A DNA stretch of 60,867 nucleotides, filler included, from Sphacelaria rigidula (lineage: Eukaryota): the NCBI GenBank assembly GCA_964200075.2. It is 4 parts of 4 records of this genome, joined end to end, with 100 filler letters (N's around TTAATTAATTAA, not from the genome) between each part and the next. Parts side by side here need not be neighbours in the genome. Positions count along the whole stretch, not along the records: positions 1 to 15,146 come from CAXNAA020001888.1; positions 15,247 to 30,391 come from CAXNAA020001889.1; 2 more parts are not named here. One strand, given 5' to 3'. Under the pieces are notes generated by a model. That model was not told where the DNA came from and ran no database searches. It saw only the letters and a program-made list of their open reading frames with translations. Below, one piece after another: positions 11,788 to 23,408 of this stretch. Each line of letters opens with the position of its first letter. The stretch's first letter is position 1. Both the position numbers and the translations under genes were made by a program.

Positions 11788-12096
11788 CTCATCGACGATG
11801 GCTATCGCGCGGATCTATACCGTGCCGTCCACTCCGATGCCGCATTCGAGGTGGTCCCTCCAGCGTGGGGGGCGCTGACGAGGGACGAGACGCTACTCCC
11901 ACCACAGCGAGTCGAAGGCCAGGCCAGCGAAAGAGTATCGACGCGCGGTCACCGCCCCCGGAAGCGCAAGACTAGCAATGGCGAGTTCAACACCTCCTCT
12001 CGGTACAATCCGCCGATGTCGGCTTCCTCCAGCGGTGGTACCGCCTCCGGTGGCGGTGGGTCGGCGAGTGGATTGTCCCAGGGAAACCCGCCGTAG
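11788..12096 (+). pseudogene. MULE transposase C-terminal exon
   Basis: LIDDGYRADLYRAVH...ETLLPP...RGHRPRKRKTSNGE resembles the 'Y...Y...LPP...GRPxKxRxxSxGE' tail of MuDR-type transposases. Confidence 0.65.
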
Positions 12097-12669
12097 CTGG
12101 GGGTCCTGGATCTGGACAGAGTGTTCCCGTAATTTTGCCGAAGTTTTTTTGTTGGTGATTTACCTGAGCCGTCCGCGTCGGGGGCCACCCGTCGCGGGAT
12201 ACGGGCGGGGGACGAGGGGCATTTGCAGCCGTTCCTTCAACAAGTACCTACAACCGGCGTACTGACCCCGTGTTCTGCTCGCCTGGCAACCTCCATATTC
12301 AGTTATCGAACATTGGAGAGTTGCGGTGCTCCCGTTACAGTGTGTCGCGGGGGTTAGTCTGTTCTTCGGGTGCTGTGGTGTCTTCTGTACCGTACACCAG
12401 CGTTGCCACGGAGCCGGGGGTTGATGTGACTGACGACCCCTTAATCCTCTGCAATCGTGTGCAATTTTGCAGTTCGTACAGCATGATCCCGGGTCTAATT
12501 TTCGCGTGGATTTTTTGTTTCCGCCGCGGACTTCATCCGTGTTTCGTAGTCCGGCAGCAAGGCCCGGCAGCACCGGCACAGGGCTACTTGCATGTCGACG
12601 CCATGAATGCATGTGTTTTACGGAGGGGAAGGAGGTGGGGGGGGCGTAATTATTTGTTGCTTGCCTTAG

Positions 12670-14665
12670 TCGGGTGAGGTTCGCCCGGCATTGTGTTGCC
12701 TCCGCATATTGCTTCTTCTTGTCCGTGAGTTCATCTCCCTGTGCGTTGCAGCTGTCCAGCAACATATCATCGCCGTGTGGAATAATTGATGGCATTAGGG
12801 CTCGTTTAAACGAGACGACAAACTTGAGAACTCGCCGTGGGAGAGTTCACGTGATTTGTTCTGTCTTCCCGGTCGATTGGGAGGTGATGCTGTGCCTGCA
12901 TCGCCCCCCCAAACCGTGGTCACATCAAGAAATGATCTTGGGATTGAAAGAAGGGCGAGAGGAAAGGAACCATGCCACGTCGATGCGAAATGGACGTGAA
13001 AGCGTTTCCACGATTGAGCAGTTTGGCTGTCAAGAGAGTGCCCAGCTGGCTTTCCCATGGCCAGCGGTGCCGCCGCCGGCATTATTCTTATCACACAAGT
13101 ACTGGATGGCATTCTTTCCATTACTGATGCTCCTACCCGAATTGGAACGGCGAGTTATTCTTCGCGAAAAGGTAACGTGATCTGTCACTTCGCCATCGTT
13201 CACCATCTGTGATCATATATTCCATCCTCGCTTTCCTCGTTTCGTTAACCTTTTGAAAACCCACGAACGATTTCCGTTTTTGCGATTCATCATTTTGACT
13301 TGAAAATGACGCAAAATGTTGCCTCAACTGTTCGGTGGTGAGGGAAGGTCATCTCCTGCCTCCTGGATCGGCATCGATTTCACTTGGAAAAATTGTGCAT
13401 GACTGATTGAAATATCCTTGTGGTGGGTTCATGTTTCGACTGCGATCGGTGGCCAATCTGTGAACCGGAATCAGGTAGACAAAAGTACACGTAATATACA
13501 CTTCTTGTCTTCGACGGGTTATACCTATCAGTGCCATCGCTTCACTCGCGGTCCACATGTGTACTGGTCGCCCTGTGAGATTTTTCCCCTCTCTGATCCG
13601 GATGCTACTCTCGGTTCCGGGAGTTTCAGGCTACGATACCAGCTGTACATGACATCATACTCTCTATTTGACCACGGGTCATAGTGACCGACACACGAAC
13701 ACTTGTGAACAAAAACTGTACGACCCTCGAGCAATACGGTCCGCTTGCCCGAAACCAACACAAACGTCCAGCTCGAATATATTTCATCATCATCTCCCCG
13801 CTTGGGCAAAGAACCGAATAAGGGCGTGTCTAAAAGCACTTCTTTTCGATCGAAAGAGTACGGTGGAATTTTTTCTTCCCGATCTCATAGATCCCCCGCA
13901 TTCATCTTTCTTGAGAAGGCTTCAACCCAGTTTTATAATTAGCGGCGTGCGGAGAAGCACGTAACTGGGTGGGAATCAATCGTTTTGGGTCGAAAACATG
14001 CGTTCAAAAAGGACGAAGCGGCCCTTGACTCCCATCGTCGAGACCACCACGCCAAATAATACCTCTTTGCAGCATCATGCCAACTCCATCCAACGTTTTG
14101 TCAGCTACTACCGCAACCCTGCAGCATAGAGCTCAAGATGAGCACAGGGATAGATGTACTGCAGTAGTTGGTATGCTTTGTTCATTTTTTGTTGGAGAAA
14201 AATTGCACATCTTCTCTCATGGTGGTCATCAGCGACGGAACTGCGTCGCACGGTGGACAACCGACCTGCGTGCACACTCATGGACGGTGCAGGCAGCACA
14301 AACCCGCACGATGCTGAGGCCCTTTTTTGACGGTGCATGTTAAGCATAAAGAACTGATAGTTCAGGGTTGTCTGTACCGCACGTTGCCCGCTTCTCCTCT
14401 ATATCCTCCTGCACGAAACACGCACTCAAGGCACCCTGCTTGCAAGCAGTGCCGACAGTACAGATAGTCTGTACTGTACTGTAGACGAGGGACCATGTAC
14501 CGTCTCACGAATTCCATCGCCTTTATTCGACGGGATGTATGACAATCCACCTGGACCCAACTGCATCACCACGACAATTTTTCGCTCAGGTTGATTCCGC
14601 TTCTCCATCTTTTCGATGCAAAAGAAAAGTGCGAAGACACGCCCTCATTGCCCATCTTCAGTTTG
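12670..14665 (-). pseudogene. Remnant of a second, convergently oriented gene inside the MULE; product unknown
   Basis: Several protein-like minus-strand segments broken by single stops: LQTEDGQ*GRVFALFFCIEKMEKRNQPERKIVVVMQLGPGG (~14500-14660), NWVEAFSRKMNAGDL*DREEKIPPYSFDRKEVLLDTPLFG...DEIYSSWTFVLVSGKRTVLLEGRTVFVHKC...SWYRSL (~13530-13930), and a coiled-coil-like stretch at ~12670-12770. Confidence 0.4.
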
Positions 14666-15003
14666 CAACTAAGGTCAAACAGTGTGCAGTCACGAAAGGT
14701 ACGGAGACGTGCCGAAGCGCGGTGCACATGCAGGCGGCGGCAGCAAGCCCTTCCATTCAAATAGCTGCCGTGCAGCCGTGGACCCCTTTCTTGGGTGATG
14801 ATCTCGTGGGTGTATGTATGCCGGTACGCCCAGCGACAGGCGACAGACAAGCCCCTGCTGTGAAAAAAAAGAGCGACGCTGAGATAACGGGATAATCCCC
14901 CTAGGTCGGAGCATTTGATGTTGGATTCGCGTGGGCGGTGACATGTTGTGCTCTGCATGTTCCTGCGAGGGTGACGGTTCGTTTGGTCAGGACGCCGTGT
15001 GCT

Positions 15004-15146
15004 TTCAAACCCGTGGAACCAACGCGTGCTTTGTCGGATCGACAAGGCGTGTTCGTTGACGGATTGACAAAGCGTGCTCGTTGTCGGATTGACGGGCAAA
15101 GCTCCAGGACGGCGGGTGATCGGATAGACGAAACGAAACTCGGGAT
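15004..15146 (-). repeat. Right TIR of MULE, truncated by gap
   Basis: Reverse complement of 4232-4374 with 2 mismatches. Confidence 0.85.
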
Positions 15147-15246
15147 NNNNNNNNNNNNNNNNNNNNNNNNNNNNNNNNNNNNNNNNNNNNTTAATTAATT
15201 AANNNNNNNNNNNNNNNNNNNNNNNNNNNNNNNNNNNNNNNNNNNN
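15147..15246. other. Artificial contig spacer
   Basis: 44 N + TTAATTAATTAA (stop codons in all six frames) + 44 N. Confidence 0.97.
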
Positions 15247-15904
15247 CCCCCCCCCCCCCTCCTTCCTTCTATTCATTCTTGAAACCCTTCCCCCCCCCCC
15301 CTCCCCATCCTGAATTTTTCAAATTATCAGCCTCGTTTTTTTTTTACCCACTATTTAATCAGGGGACCGTTACTGGGTTTCAACAAAACTCGAGATCCCA
15401 CTACATGATACGGAGAGCGCCCTCTGGATTTCGTCTCTTTGAGTCTTCAGGGTCAATGTGTGGCATCGGGTGACGAAGGGGTGCGCTTTGTGGTCCTGTC
15501 TGCTGGTGTAAAACCGTTGATGTCATTCACTCATGTAGTAAGCAGTGATGCCGATTCAAGACGTTGTACGTACACAGGTTAAGACCGGAATCGTACGTCA
15601 TCTTTCGAGTGAAAATAATGCCGATTCAAGGTTGAACAGACAACCACTGCTGCCCAGGCAAGATTCGAATCCTTGGGGGTAGAGAAAAAGACAGACTATA
15701 GTTGGAATTATCATGGTAACAACCCTCCATCCTTTGGCCGTCACTTGGTTGGGTACGTCCATGTGGGCCAAGTATAGTAGTCATTTTTCAAGTAAAAGTG
15801 ATGCCGATTCAACTGATGTCCAACGTACCACTGTACCCTGGCGGTCAGTTACACTGAGTCCTCTGATCGTCACCTCTGGACTGTGGACCTCTCATTTTTC
15901 GAGT

Positions 15905-16865
15905 CAACCCTTTGACGGCGAGGGTAGGTCACCTGCTGAATCGGAATCAATATTCACTCGAAAAAAAGTATGCGTGATCTGAATGGACTACCCGCACCGC
16001 TGTCAAAGAGTCAATTCTTTTGGACCCCACTGATGATTCTTGTTTTTGTGAATCGGCATAATTTTGACTTTTTATGATGCCGATTCACAAAAACAAAGGT
16101 TTGTCAATGGGTTCCAAAAGGGTTAAAAGCCTTAAACGGCGGTGCGGGTAGTCCATCTGGATCACGCATACTTTTTTTTCTCAAGTATGGATGGTTCTTG
16201 AGGATGAATGATTGGTTGGGATTGAATTCTATTTTTCGGACAAGGGGAAGACAAGAGGAACGACAACATTGATGCCGATTCAGCAAGTGACCTACCCTCG
16301 CGCGCGCGCGCGTGTGTTGTCGTCCAATCTATTTTGGGCGCCGGTCTACACATTTCGGTATATGTGGGCGCACCAGCCGGGGTTGGGTCACACAGGAGGA
16401 AGGCCAACACCGGAGTGTTTTTCTTTTTTCGTTTGTTTTTAGTATTCCACCTTCCTCCTGTGGTGCTTGCCTTTGTTTCTATCACGAGAGGGGTTCAGCG
16501 GTCCTTTTTCCCTCTTGGACCGGTCAAGTCGAATGCTTGTGTACCCACGACATGGTCGCTGTCCACTATTGGGCATGATGTGAGAAAAAATCCCAGATCG
16601 CTCCGAGATTTGAACCCACGACCCAACCGTCAGAAGGTTTCGAGGTTACCAAATGAGCCACCGGGCGATCGGCTCGCGGTCAAGGGGTTAAAAGGCGTCA
16701 TATTCACCAGAAGGCACATGCCCATTTCAGGGCACACTTTTTCGGCCGCCCCAGGGGTCTCTTGAACCTTTGGCCACGAGGAGGTTGGGTCACCTGCTGA
16801 ATCGGCATAAAAAATTAGGCGTGATCTAGATGGACTACCCGCATCGCGGTCTACGGATTAAAAGG
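15905..16865. mobile_element. Cluster of piggyBac-like mini-elements, one interrupted by a SINE
   Basis: Repeated CCCTTTGAC(C/G)GCGAGGGTAG...GAATCGGCATCA...CTACCC...GTC(A/T)AAGGG units with TTAA-like junctions. Confidence 0.7.
16312..16673 (-). mobile_element. Full-length tRNA-derived SINE nested in a piggyBac-like mini-element
   Basis: Reverse complement matches 2803-3156. Splits the host's CCTACCC-TCGCG-GTCAAGGGGTTAA, with TCGCG on both sides. Confidence 0.85.
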
Positions 16866-17845
16866 GGTCACCCACCGTAATTCACAAACCTCACTACAGT
16901 AGAACAGATGGGATGACAACCCACACACTAGAACACACCCTGTTGGATTCCCCAGCCGCTCGTACCCCGATCGGAAAATGTTCAAATTTCCAGTTGACCT
17001 ATCGGGGGCACGGAACGGTTTTGAAAACTTGACCCCTGTCACCAACGATAGCATGACGGTCAGGAGCCGCACCATACCCCCAATGGTCGTCATCTTGCTC
17101 GAGGAAGTGTTTCAGCAGGGCATGCAGTAGAGTTCACTCCGATCGCCGCTATATGTGGGGAGTTGTGGGTTACAGAGATGTGGGGTACGTACGGCACAGC
17201 GGCATGGAAAAAGTGCATGCAAAAGAAGTGCGGTGAACATGGGCCGGGGCGACTGTTTTTTTGAGAAAATGAATCTTTGAGAAGAGACGAAAATTCACAT
17301 CTTTTCGTGGAAACAAGCAGCTGATTGATAACGTTCGAAGGTCTTGATGTAAGTATGCACACGAGGCCATTTGGCCACCCCCCAAAATGCCTCCGGAGGG
17401 ATGCGCGGCCCTCCAGGGGGAAAACAAGCCTCCGGAGGCCTTCAATCCCTCTGAAGGAAACCAAACTCTACCGACACAGAGGGCCGCGCACCCCTTCGGA
17501 GGAATTTGGGGATATGCGCGGCCCTCCAGAAGCAAAAATAAGCCTCCGGAGGCGTTTAGTTCCTCTGGAGGAGACCAAAAAATATCTTCTGGAGGCTCGA
17601 AAAGTTCACCCACCTGGAGGATTTTTGGAGGTAGCCAAATGGCCGCGTGTGTTGCATGATGTTTCATTTGTGGAATCCAATCCTCCGTCCGACTAATCCA
17701 GGGTACAGTGGTACAACTGCAGTGTTTTTTTACTCTAGTGCGCTGTACAGTACGCTATAATTCATGATGAGACTCCAGCTCACCACCGAATCCGCATCCA
17801 CCCGGGTCCCCGGTCTACCACTACACCATCGGGGCCGGGCTTTTA

Positions 17846-18360
17846 GGCTTTAGCTTCGTATGCGCGCATAAGGCTAAGTTTGATTTGTTTTGTTTTTGGG
17901 CTCAAAACAAGCTTTTTTGTCAAAGCCCAAGGCCAGCTTAAGATTTCCGACAAGCTTGAAATGTGCTTGAAACGAGCATAGAGTTGCGATAAATTTTTAT
18001 GCGCCTCCTCCAGCCATTTCAGCAGCTGTCTGAAAGTGCCCCCTACGGCCTATGGCGTGACTCGTGGGTTTCAATATTCCAAACTGCCATGGTTGCGGGT
18101 CTAAACCGGAAACGTTCAATGATCAAAGAAAGTCTGTATTTTTCAACAAAAAACATTTTCTTGAACCTCGAATACCCTAATTGTCGCCCCCTCCTCGTGC
18201 TAGAAGGCTCGCCTCGTGGATACTGCCACAACGCCACAACAAGGACGTGAAGTAGGCGCATAGAGTACGCATATTTTCGCTGGAAAAGACTCAAAATGGG
18301 GGCTTAAAACAAGGTGGCAGAGCATGATTGAAAAAAAAACGCGCATACGAAGCTAAAGGC
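17846..18360. mobile_element. MITE with 21-bp TIRs and TA flanks
   Basis: TA|GGCTTTAGCTTCGTATGCGCG ... CGCGCATACGAAGCTAAAGGC|TA, 1 mismatch. Confidence 0.75.
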
Positions 18361-18524
18361 TACCGGCTGTGCGCGTCGCTTGAGTTGCATTGCGTTTCGA
18401 GTCCCTCCCTTTCAACCACACACGTACACAGGACCTGGGCGCGACCTATTTGCAGGTAGGGTATGCAAATACAAGCGTGCAGGTCGCGAACGCCTCCAGA
18501 GCCAAATCCACGAGAAACCCAGTT

Positions 18525-18830
18525 TAAATGCGGAGCACACGAATCAACGATCAACAAGGTTTTCGTGAAATTGAGAGTGGCTTTGATCATTCGCTTTACC
18601 TTAGCCATTTTTCCCTCGCGTGTGTGCTTTTCTTTGCCTCCATCGTTAGCGTGTGCTTACAGCTACACGTCGATACCCTACTCGGGGGTATCAAGGGTCT
18701 CAGCGGCAAGCTACTACAAAAATGATATCGCGCCTCGTGGAGGGGCATTTCGGAACTGGAAAAAGGATTTATTCACTTATTGACCGCTTTTCATTCTCAA
18801 TCGTATCCTCTACTCTCAATATCACGAATA
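18525..18830 (+). repeat. Dispersed ~300-bp repeat; inverted copy at ~32150-32470
   Basis: GTGTGCTTACAGCTACAC...GCAAGCTACTACA...GCATTTCGGAACTG...TTGACCGCTTT..TCTCAATCGTA aligns with the reverse complement of 32150-32470. Confidence 0.75.
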
Positions 18831-19358
18831 CGGTGTTGATCTTACTCCACAGCAGTCCACAGCACCTGAATTCAACCACACACTCATACAGGCCCTGATG
18901 AAATCACAAAATGAAGGGCAACCAAGCGGAAGTGTACTCGTACCACTATTCGCAGAATCACTTCCCATGCTCCCGGGAACCCCCTCCTCGTCCTCTTGTC
19001 GAGATCTCGGTTTGGCGCTGGGGCGGGCGGTACGTCACATTCCTCAAATCGGCGTAATGTTCACTTGAAACTTAAATGCAAGACCCACATGGAGGACCAT
19101 GGCTGTCGGGGCGGGCTGAAAACAAATGCCATCTCCTCACTTCCTTCACGGAGTGCAACTGCTCTCTCAGGTGCCATACGCCTCCGCCAGTATAGTTCAC
19201 CACTTGGGAGGGTGAGAAATTTCTCAAGTGGTGAAATAACCTCCCCTACGCCCTCCGCCCTCCTGTCCATTCCCAGTACTCGCACACAGTATACTTCTCG
19301 ATCAGTAGAGATGACCTCAGTTAGTAGCCCCGAAATCGGTACAGAGCTTGACTTGAGT

Positions 19359-19597
19359 TGTGTGTCTTGTCATCCCATCTATTCTGGACGCCGGTCTACA
19401 CCTTTCGGTATATGCGGGCGCACCAGCCGGGGTCACACAGGAGGAAGGTCAACACAGGATTTTTGGTTTGTTTTGTTTGTTTGTTTTTAGTACTCCACCT
19501 TCCTTCTGCGGTGCTTGCCTTTAATTTTTTATCGCGAGAGGGGTACAGCAGTCCCTTTCCCCTTGTCGACCGTGAAGTCGAATTTGTGTACCCACGA
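19359..19597 (-). mobile_element. 5'-truncated SINE copy
   Basis: Matches the 3' two-thirds of the SINE; the tRNA-like head is missing. Confidence 0.8.
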
Positions 19598-20010
19598 GCT
19601 CGAACAAGGATACTCGGGTCTTTCAGTGAGACTCACAGTCCTGAGTGCTCTTAGCTTGTGCAGAAGGCGTTTTAGTCCAAAAGACGCGCTGCTTTGAGGT
19701 CCGGCCACGCTCTCTTCGTCCGGGGCACCCACCGCACTCCCCTTGCCCGAGGTTTCTCAAAACCCCTCCGTCGGGGTCAACAGTTTGACCGCGAGGATAG
19801 GTCACCTGCTGAATCGGCATCAATACTCACTTAAAAAAAGTAAAGGTCATCCAGACGGGCTACCCGCACCACGGTCTAAGGGTTGAGGCTAGGGTTGGGG
19901 GGACTTCAATTTGTGTCACCACGGATTTGGGGCTACGAAGTGGCGTGAACCTTCCTCTCTCTCAAGGCGGTACGCGTCCCATCCATCTGTGGAAATCGGT
20001 ATTATTTTAA

Positions 20011-20107
20011 CCCTCAGACCGCGAGGGTAGTCTATCTGGATAATTCACACTTTTTCAAGTGAAACTGATGCCGATTCAACAGGTGACCTGCCCTCGCCGT
20101 CAAAGGG
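20011..20107. mobile_element. 97-bp piggyBac-like mini-element with perfect TTAA TSD
   Basis: TTAA|CCCTCAGACCGCGAGGGTAG...CTGCCCTCGCCGTCAAAGGG|TTAA. Neighbouring copies at ~19779-19883 and 20112-20195. Confidence 0.85.
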
Positions 20108-20315
20108 TTAACCCATGGACAGCGAAAGTAGGTCATCTGCTGAATCGGCATCCATTTCACTTGATAAAAAGCATGCATGGTCCAGATGGACTACGTTGGT
20201 GGGCTGAGTGTAAACGCACGGAAGGGGCCAGAGTTGCAGGCGGTCCGCAACTGCGACGTCACTGTGGAGCATGATGAAATAGAGACTTCTCAGAGCACAA
20301 AGGTTTCTAAATGTA

Positions 20316-21890
20316 GGAGCTGGGCCAGCTGACAGTGATGGTTGAATGAAGAATGAAGATGCGATTGGTAATTCGAAGAGTTGACAGTAGTGGGCGGTCT
20401 AACTATTCATTTTGTGGCATTTTGTGATTTTTTCGTAATTGGCGATTTTCTTGGGCGCTTTTAGATTGCCATCCCTGAACACATCGGGGATCCAAAGATA
20501 TTGGTATCCGCTCCACATATTAAGGAGAGAAAATCACCTGTACTCAACATTGAGTGACGTACGGGCTGACCGGTCATCGGGGGTCCTGCCACGTGTCAGC
20601 CCAGGTTCTTACTCTTCTGTATTTTCGGACGATCAAGCCCGTCCCGATCATATTTGTGAAGAAATGTACCATTTTATTCTCTTGAAATTGTGTCTACTCA
20701 ATGCACTACGGCCGAAAAACTGTGTTTCACGGTCAATAACACCCTCCTGATGAACGAGGTATTCACTCGTTTCGCCCGATAACACCAACTAATATTGAAT
20801 TGGGCACTGTGGTTCGAAGATAATCTGTATTTTTGTACCAAAATCCGCCGACGCTAGCAATTTCGAGTTCTATCGGAAAGTGGTACGCGAGAAAACCCCC
20901 ACAACACCCCTCTATAGTTAGACCGCGCCCACTACTTTGGGCGCTGCAAATTTGAAGCGACGTTTCTGTCATCAACCCGCACAGTTTTATGGGAAGTGCA
21001 GAGGGAAAAAACAACCAGGAAGTTCGAGCGAGTTCAAGTTTCAGCAAAAACAGGGAAAATGCTATAACTTTGTGAAGAATTGATGAAAATGCATGCACCT
21101 CCCGGTGGGTTGCGGGCAATAGCGTCAACGGACGTCCTGGTGAGTTTTGGCCAAAAATACCTCAGAATTGGGCATCGCGTCGTACTTTTCATGTGACACA
21201 GCTGCGCCATGTTGGTCAAACTGATCCGACAGCCTCAAATTCACAGGTTACGAGTTCGATTTCGGACATGACCACTTTTTTTGTGCATAATCTAATCGTG
21301 CATAATTTCTCGTACCTCCCGGGTTTCAGAGGGGATCGATATTTTGGTGACGGTCATGCTTTCGGGAGTGTCTTGCGCGGTTTCAAGTAGTACGTCCCCC
21401 TCGTACGGTGACATACGACAGTCGGCTCGGAGGTCCTCTCCCACGATGAAGCTGTTGACGAGCTTGATGCCATCTCGCAGCACTACCAGTGTGCCTATGC
21501 GGCGCAACTATATATCGTAATTCCACCGCGTTTTGTGAAACGAAACGTCTCCAGACACGCTGTCTAGGCTTTTGCTCATTATGCTATTATAGCACGGTTC
21601 TACTCAATAGCGACCCCACAATTTTTTCAAGATAAACGAATTCTTCCAAAACCGTGCTAGCATAATGAGTAGAAGCCTGACGCTGTCAGGCAACGGCAGG
21701 AGACGTACCCGGTACTCAATGGAGTACAATACCATCATCGCCAAAACTGCGTCAATCGACCAGCGGCGGTGCCGTGTGTTACCAGGTTGGTCTACAGTTC
21801 TCAGTGATATGCTCAAGTCGCGCTGGTTTTGGAAACTTGAGAAGTTGTGGTGTGGGAAGCGAATGCGGGATTTACTGCTGGCCCAGCTCA
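20316..21890. mobile_element. Non-autonomous Tc1/mariner-like element, long copy
   Basis: TA|GGAGCTGGGCCAGC...GCTGGCCCAGCTCA|TA. 21760-21890 aligns with the reverse complement of 48754-48885. Confidence 0.75.
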
Positions 21891-23050
21891 TAGTATTTTA
21901 TATGTGATCGTTATATTATCTATAACTACTGTACAGGCAACGACGGATTCGCAGCGAATCAGTAATGTGATGAATCGATCAATCAGACAAATACTACCGT
22001 ACTGTATGCCTCCTTGGGTAAGCTCATCCCGTACAGCACAACACTCAGCATATCCCTACGCAGTGCAGAGACAGAACAACAAAATCTGTGACGACGGCCC
22101 TCAGGCGAGAAACATGAACGCAGTGCACTGCGGAGACTCGCAAGCGAAACCCCACAACCAAAATGTCAAGATGGCAACGAAATTCCAAGTTCACAAAAAA
22201 AATCCCCTCTGCCTCGTACGGTTACCTACTTGAACAAGCCTCAGAACGTACTATCGACACGGAATGAATACCGAACAAGAAATCACGGTTCGGACTAATC
22301 ATCGCCGCTTCGAATCTTCCAATCCACGATGGCTTCGGCCTGATTGCTCGAAAGAGATGAAAAAAAAATTGCGCGCTGGTCCAAAAGGTCTTGACGCAAG
22401 TTTTTAGCCATTCCACGTGCCTGGGCTGCGCGTACATGGGTTGCAACGCTGGAAACAAACCCTGAGGATTGATTCGTACGGGTCGAATCAATCACACTAA
22501 AATCAAGTGATTTGCAGACGAATCATTCATTCGTCCGACCTTTGCAAGAAAACACAGTCCATCAAACCCTGCTCCGGATTTCAAGAAGCCACTCCGCCGA
22601 AGAAACTGCGCATATCAGTCTGTGTAGAACGTCGCATGGCGTATGCTTCAATGGATGCCATCTTGGCCTTGCGAATCCCTGAGTACGCATCTTCAATCCC
22701 ACACACGTTGAGCCCATTCCTCTAGAAAATCCAATTGATCGCAAACTGTATGACACGGGGGTGGTGCACTGGCGACACGCTGGGGGTAAGACTTGGTTTG
22801 CACGTCTCCCCTGTGCTACGCAAGGCATGGTTTCAGCAAAGTGTGCGGATCCGCACGATACAGCCCGCTCTGGATCATGACCACCAACGTCCTGCTGCTA
22901 TTAGAAAATGATAAATGTACACTTTTTGGGATGTGGTCTCTGTTAAGGCACACTATGACTTGTGATGGACACGAGTTGGGGCTGCAGAAAAAGTGTGCCC
23001 TAGAATGGACCAGTGCCTTGAAAGGGATTGCCTTACAAGGCGCCACCCGC

Positions 23051-23408
23051 TGTGTGTTGTCATCCCATCTACTCTGGACGCCGGTCTACACCTTTCGGTA
23101 TGTGTGGGCGCACCAGCCGGGGTCACACAGGAGGAAGGTCAACACAGGAGTATTTTATGTTTTGTTTGTTTTTAGTTCTCCAACTTCCTTCTGCGGTGCT
23201 TGCCTTTTAATTTTTTTAGCGAGAGGGGTTCAGCAGTCCCTTTCCCTCGTCGACCGGTCAAGCAGAATCATGTGTACCCACGACATGTTCGCTCTCCACT
23301 GTTGGGCATGGTGCGCCGGGAAGTCCCAGATCGCTCCGAGATTTGAACCCACAACCCAACCATGAGAAGGTCTCGAGGTTACCAAACTGAGCCATCGGGG
23401 CGACCGGC
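23051..23408 (-). mobile_element. Full-length tRNA-derived SINE
   Basis: A-box TGGCTCAGTTTGG and B-box GGTTCAAATC on the minus strand; (CA) tail. Confidence 0.85.

Larger units (their letters stand above)
4221..15146 (+). mobile_element. Mutator-like (MULE) DNA transposon, ~11 kb; right terminus lost in assembly gap
   Basis: 4232-4374 is the reverse complement of 15004-15146 (143 bp, 2 mismatches). Putative left end GAGAGTATAA is Mu-like. The interval encloses spliced MULE transposase exons. Confidence 0.85.

Noticed and set aside
15191-15202. TTAATTAATTAA palindrome inside N runs (also 30436 and 45679)
   Set aside because: Identical 44N-12-44N construct at all three gaps; an artificial six-frame-stop linker, not biology.
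18463-18783. Similar peptides from ORFs 18463-18783 (+) and 32214-32624 (-)
   Set aside because: Explained by nucleotide similarity of a dispersed repeat; frames shift between copies, so there is no sign of coding constraint.
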